The position numbers were made by a program, and so were the translations under genes. This document shows positions 60,891 through 64,000 of a stretch of 64,000 nucleotides of DNA, one piece after another. This DNA comes from Marinicella sp. (GTDB lineage Bacteria > Pseudomonadota > Gammaproteobacteria > Xanthomonadales > Marinicellaceae): the NCBI GenBank assembly GCA_965230295.1, contig OZ246001.1, forward strand, positions 3,360,001 through 3,424,000. The letters are read 5' to 3'. The notes beneath the pieces are model-generated. The model did not search any database, was not told where the DNA came from, and saw only the letters and a list, made by a program, of their open reading frames with translations. Every line of letters starts with the position of its first letter. The first letter of the stretch is position 1.

Positions 60891-62441
60891 ATGGACATCA
60901 AACACAGCAAAATCCTGATCCTGGATTATGGATCACAGTACACACAGTTAATTGCTCGCAGGGTCAGGGAACTCAATGTGTATTGTGAAATATATGCATG
61001 GGATGCAGGCACCGACGCCATCAAAGCATTTGATCCTCAGGGCATCATTTTATCGGGCGGTCCTGAATCAGTGCACATGGAGGACGCCCCTACATTGAAT
61101 GAAGTGGTTTTGGAATTGGATGTGCCTGTGTTGGGTGTTTGCTATGGCATGCAATTACTCAATCAATATTATGGCGGAGAAGTCGAAGGTTCCGAAGAGA
61201 AAGAATTTGGTTATGCCCAAGTCAACATGACAGGGGAATCAATACTGTTTGACCGGATCGACAAACAACAATTGGATGTGTGGATGAGCCATGGTGATAA
61301 AGTCAAATCACTGGCATCTGTTTTTCATTCCATTGCCCACACCAGTTCCACCCCTTATGCCGCTTGCGAACACAAGGATTTACCCGTTTACGGGGTCCAG
61401 TTTCATCCAGAAGTTGAGCACACAGCTGACGGCAGAGAGATCTTGGGGCAGTTCGTCCACCACATTTGTGGTTGTGAAGAGTTGTGGAGCACCGATAACA
61501 TCATCGACACCCATGTTGACAACATCCGTGCATTGGTGGGTGATGAAAAAGTGCTGTTGGGATTGTCTGGTGGTGTGGACTCTTCAGTGGTGGCAGCCTT
61601 GATGCACAAAGCCATTGGTCAACAGTTGGTTTGTGTGTTTGTGGATACTGGTTTGTTGCGTTTTCAGGAAGGCGATCAAGTGATGCAAACCATGGCGGAA
61701 AAAATGGACATCAATGTCATCCGTGTCAATGCACAAGAGCGCTATTTCAAAGCGCTGGCAGGTGAAACAGACCCCGAACGTAAACGCAAGATCATTGGCG
61801 AGTTGTTCATTCGTATATTTGAACAGCAAGCCAAAGAATTGGATGACATCAAATGGTTGGCCCAAGGGACCATTTACCCGGATGTGATTGAATCTGCCGC
61901 ATCCAGTACCGGGAAAGCCCATGTGATTAAATCACATCACAATGTAGGCGGCTTGCCGGATGACTTGGCTTTAAAGTTGATCGAACCATTAAAAGACTTG
62001 TTCAAGGATGAAGTGCGTAAACTGGGGGTCAATCTCGGCTTGGCTCCAGAAATGGTTTACCGACACCCATTCCCGGGTCCTGGGCTGGGTGTTCGTATCT
62101 TGGGTGAAGTCAAGGCAGAATACGCTGAAACATTGGCCAAAGCTGATCACATTTTTATCGAAGAGTTGCGTCAACATGGGCTGTATGACAAAACCAGCCA
62201 AGCATTTGCAGTATTTTTACCCGTCAAGTCTGTTGGAGTGGTGGGAGATGCCAGACGATATGAATACGTCATTGCCTTACGTGCAGTGGAAACCATCGAT
62301 TTCATGACTGCCCGGTGGGCACACCTACCCTATGAGTTTATCGACTTGGTTTCTCGTAGGATAATCAATGAGATAGATAAGGTATCTCGAGTAGTTTATG
62401 ATGTTTCTAGCAAGCCACCTGCGACCATTGAATGGGAATAG
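60891..62441 (+). CDS. guaA: GMP synthase (glutamine-hydrolysing)
   Basis: [41 protein letters not shown]. Confidence 0.99.
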   Translation: MDIKHSKILILDYGSQYTQLIARRVRELNVYCEIYAWDAGTDAIKAFDPQGIILSGGPESVHMEDAPTLNEVVLELDVPVLGVCYGMQLLNQYYGGEVEGSEEKEFGYAQVNMTGESILFDRIDKQQLDVWMSHGDKVKSLASVFHSIAHTSSTPYAACEHKDLPVYGVQFHPEVEHTADGREILGQFVHHICGCEELWSTDNIIDTHVDNIRALVGDEKVLLGLSGGVDSSVVAALMHKAIGQQLVCVFVDTGLLRFQEGDQVMQTMAEKMDINVIRVNAQERYFKALAGETDPERKRKIIGELFIRIFEQQAKELDDIKWLAQGTIYPDVIESAASSTGKAHVIKSHHNVGGLPDDLALKLIEPLKDLFKDEVRKLGVNLGLAPEMVYRHPFPGPGLGVRILGEVKAEYAETLAKADHIFIEELRQHGLYDKTSQAFAVFLPVKSVGVVGDARRYEYVIALRAVETIDFMTARWAHLPYEFIDLVSRRIINEIDKVSRVVYDVSSKPPATIEWE

Positions 62442-62923
62442 AACCCATTTCTAGAGATGAGTCTTACATGGAGCTGGCCTTGGCCCAGGCTCGAATGGCT
62501 GCAGCGGCTGGTGAAGTACCTGTGGGTGCTGTGGTGGTTTTGAATGAAGAAGTCATTGCGGCCGCTCATAACCAAGTCATTTCTCAAAATAACCCGACTG
62601 CCCATGCTGAAATTTTGGCTTTGCAGCAAGCGGGCCAACAGATTGGTAATTACCGTTTAATCAACTGTGAATTGTTTGTCACCCTAGAACCCTGTACGAT
62701 GTGTGCCGGGGCTTGTGTTCATGGCCGAATCAAACGTCTGGTATATGGAGCAAAGGATCCAAAAACAGGCAGCATTGAAAGTGTTGGTCAGGTATTGGCC
62801 GCACCATACAACAACCATCATGTTGATTCATTAGGGGGGGTCCTGCGAGGGCCATGCAGTCAATTATTAACCCGCTTTTTTGCTGCCAGAAGGGCAGAAC
62901 AGAAAGCCAAAAAACTCAAGTGA
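62432..62923 (+). CDS. tadA: tRNA adenosine(34) deaminase
   Basis: [30 protein letters not shown]. Confidence 0.95.
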   Translation: MGIEPISRDESYMELALAQARMAAAAGEVPVGAVVVLNEEVIAAAHNQVISQNNPTAHAEILALQQAGQQIGNYRLINCELFVTLEPCTMCAGACVHGRIKRLVYGAKDPKTGSIESVGQVLAAPYNNHHVDSLGGVLRGPCSQLLTRFFAARRAEQKAKKLK

Positions 62924-63596
62924 TCACAGATTGGGTGTAGACCCAGTAGGTCATGCCATTGTGGATGATGTGAGCAAGCAAAGCAGGCACAACACTGCCT
63001 GAACGTACAGTTATCCATGCATAAATCAAGCCAATAACAAATAAACTGAAGAACGCTGGCCAACTCCAGTGAATCAGCGCAAAGAGCAACGCGCTCAAAC
63101 CAGCAGCCAGCCAAAAATTGAACGATTCATTCATTTTTCTGAACAGCAAGCCCCTGAACACGAACTCTTCAAACACAGGTGCAAAAATCACACTGCTGAG
63201 CAAAACAGATGAATCTGCATAGTTTAGATTAGCCAATCTCCATTGGATAATCTGGGCGTTTATATCGGTGCTAAAAACCATTGAATTCAATAAGTGGTCA
63301 AACCACCAAAACCCCAAGCCAATAATCACTGCATTCAATGCCCAGATGGGGCGAAATTCTAAAATCCCCAAAGTGGTTTTTACTTCGGCTTTGAACAATC
63401 TAATGAGTAACAACAGCCACAAGGTGGATGATGTGAAAAACCACAAAGCAGGGGTGATCTGAGAATCATGTGGGAGATGGGCCATCAGTCCAATAAACAA
63501 AACGGACCAAACAAGCAGACAAACCACCACCCAAATGGTTCGTTGTATTGACAATGACTGATGAATTGGACTTAACTCAGCTGTTAATTTGTTCAA
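62916..63596 (-). CDS. CPBP (CAAX/Abi) intramembrane metalloprotease
   Basis: APVFEEFVFRG, FALIH, AHIIHN motifs. Confidence 0.88.
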   Translation of the reverse strand: MNKLTAELSPIHQSLSIQRTIWVVVCLLVWSVLFIGLMAHLPHDSQITPALWFFTSSTLWLLLLIRLFKAEVKTTLGILEFRPIWALNAVIIGLGFWWFDHLLNSMVFSTDINAQIIQWRLANLNYADSSVLLSSVIFAPVFEEFVFRGLLFRKMNESFNFWLAAGLSALLFALIHWSWPAFFSLFVIGLIYAWITVRSGSVVPALLAHIIHNGMTYWVYTQSVIT

Positions 63597-64000
63597 CGAC
63601 TTGAGGCATTGACGTAACTACTGGTGCTGTTATGAGAACGGTTGTTAACTGATGCCGTTCGGTTCAGGGTGCGTTGATATCTTTTGAATAAAATTTTAAC
63701 CCTTCGAACATATTCTTTGGTTTCCGGGAATGGCGGAATGGTGCGTCCATATTTTTCTACGGCGGTTTCTCCTGAATTATAGGCCGCTAAATAGACGTCA
63801 ATGGTGCTGTAAGTATTTTTTAAATGTTTCAAATAAGCTGCGCCGCCATTGATGTTTTGTGCCGGATCGTAGGGATTAGTCACTTGATAAGTTTTTTGTG
63901 TCAATGGCATCAATTGCATCAACCCCTGTGCTCCGGCGGAGGAAACCGCTTTGGGTTTGAAGGCTGATTCGGCATGAATAACCGCTTTGAGCAAAGCTTC
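63593..64000 (-). CDS. lytic transglycosylase (SLT domain), 5' end outside the window
   Basis: AVIHAESAF, AVSSAGAQGLMQLMP, LAAYNSG, PPFPETKEYV. Confidence 0.9.
   Translation of the reverse strand, partial: EALLKAVIHAESAFKPKAVSSAGAQGLMQLMPLTQKTYQVTNPYDPAQNINGGAAYLKHLKNTYSTIDVYLAAYNSGETAVEKYGRTIPPFPETKEYVRRVKILFKRYQRTLNRTASVNNRSHNSTSSYVNASSR

Noticed and set aside
62380-62460. guaA 3' end as an integration hotspot
   Set aside because: tadA overlaps guaA directly; the site is empty

Overview
Mostly core chromosome of an AT-rich gammaproteobacterium. Gene order and protein style suggest a Xanthomonadales-related marine lineage such as Marinicella (inference only). Contents in order: murJ-ribF-ileS-lspA-ispH; a type IV minor-pilin cluster (fimT/U-pilV-W-X-Y1-small ORF-pilE, plus a second, separately placed pilE paralog); smpB, ratA/ratB, bamE, fur-queD; tRNA-Ala and two tRNA-Glu; ispB, an MFS transporter, a CNNM/CorB protein, ypjD, ffh; cysJIH; an SDR and an M14 Zn-hydrolase; a GldA/F/G-like ABC system with DUF4340 and DUF423 proteins; a Tat-exported DUF1800/DUF1501 pair; tdh-kbl, fadD; an SLC13 permease with a GCS2-ligase-CBS fusion; a large secreted S8 protease; an SPFH/Zn-ribbon pair; corC followed by a DUF4105 (Lnb-like) protein; yigZ, xseA, guaB-guaA-tadA, a CPBP protease and a partial lytic transglycosylase. 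No integrase, transposase, prophage, rRNA or CRISPR array was seen. Most notable: (1) a Bacteroides-Lnb-like acyltransferase sitting in the slot where lnt normally follows corC; (2) charge-divergent tandem PilE paralogs with separate regulation and a possibly relocated Ca-binding loop in the pilus tip complex; (3) a candidate structured RNA leader upstream of the Gld-like ABC operon; (4) a DxIFxxxFD C-terminal tag on the DUF1501 protein. All family calls come from motif recognition by eye, not database searches.
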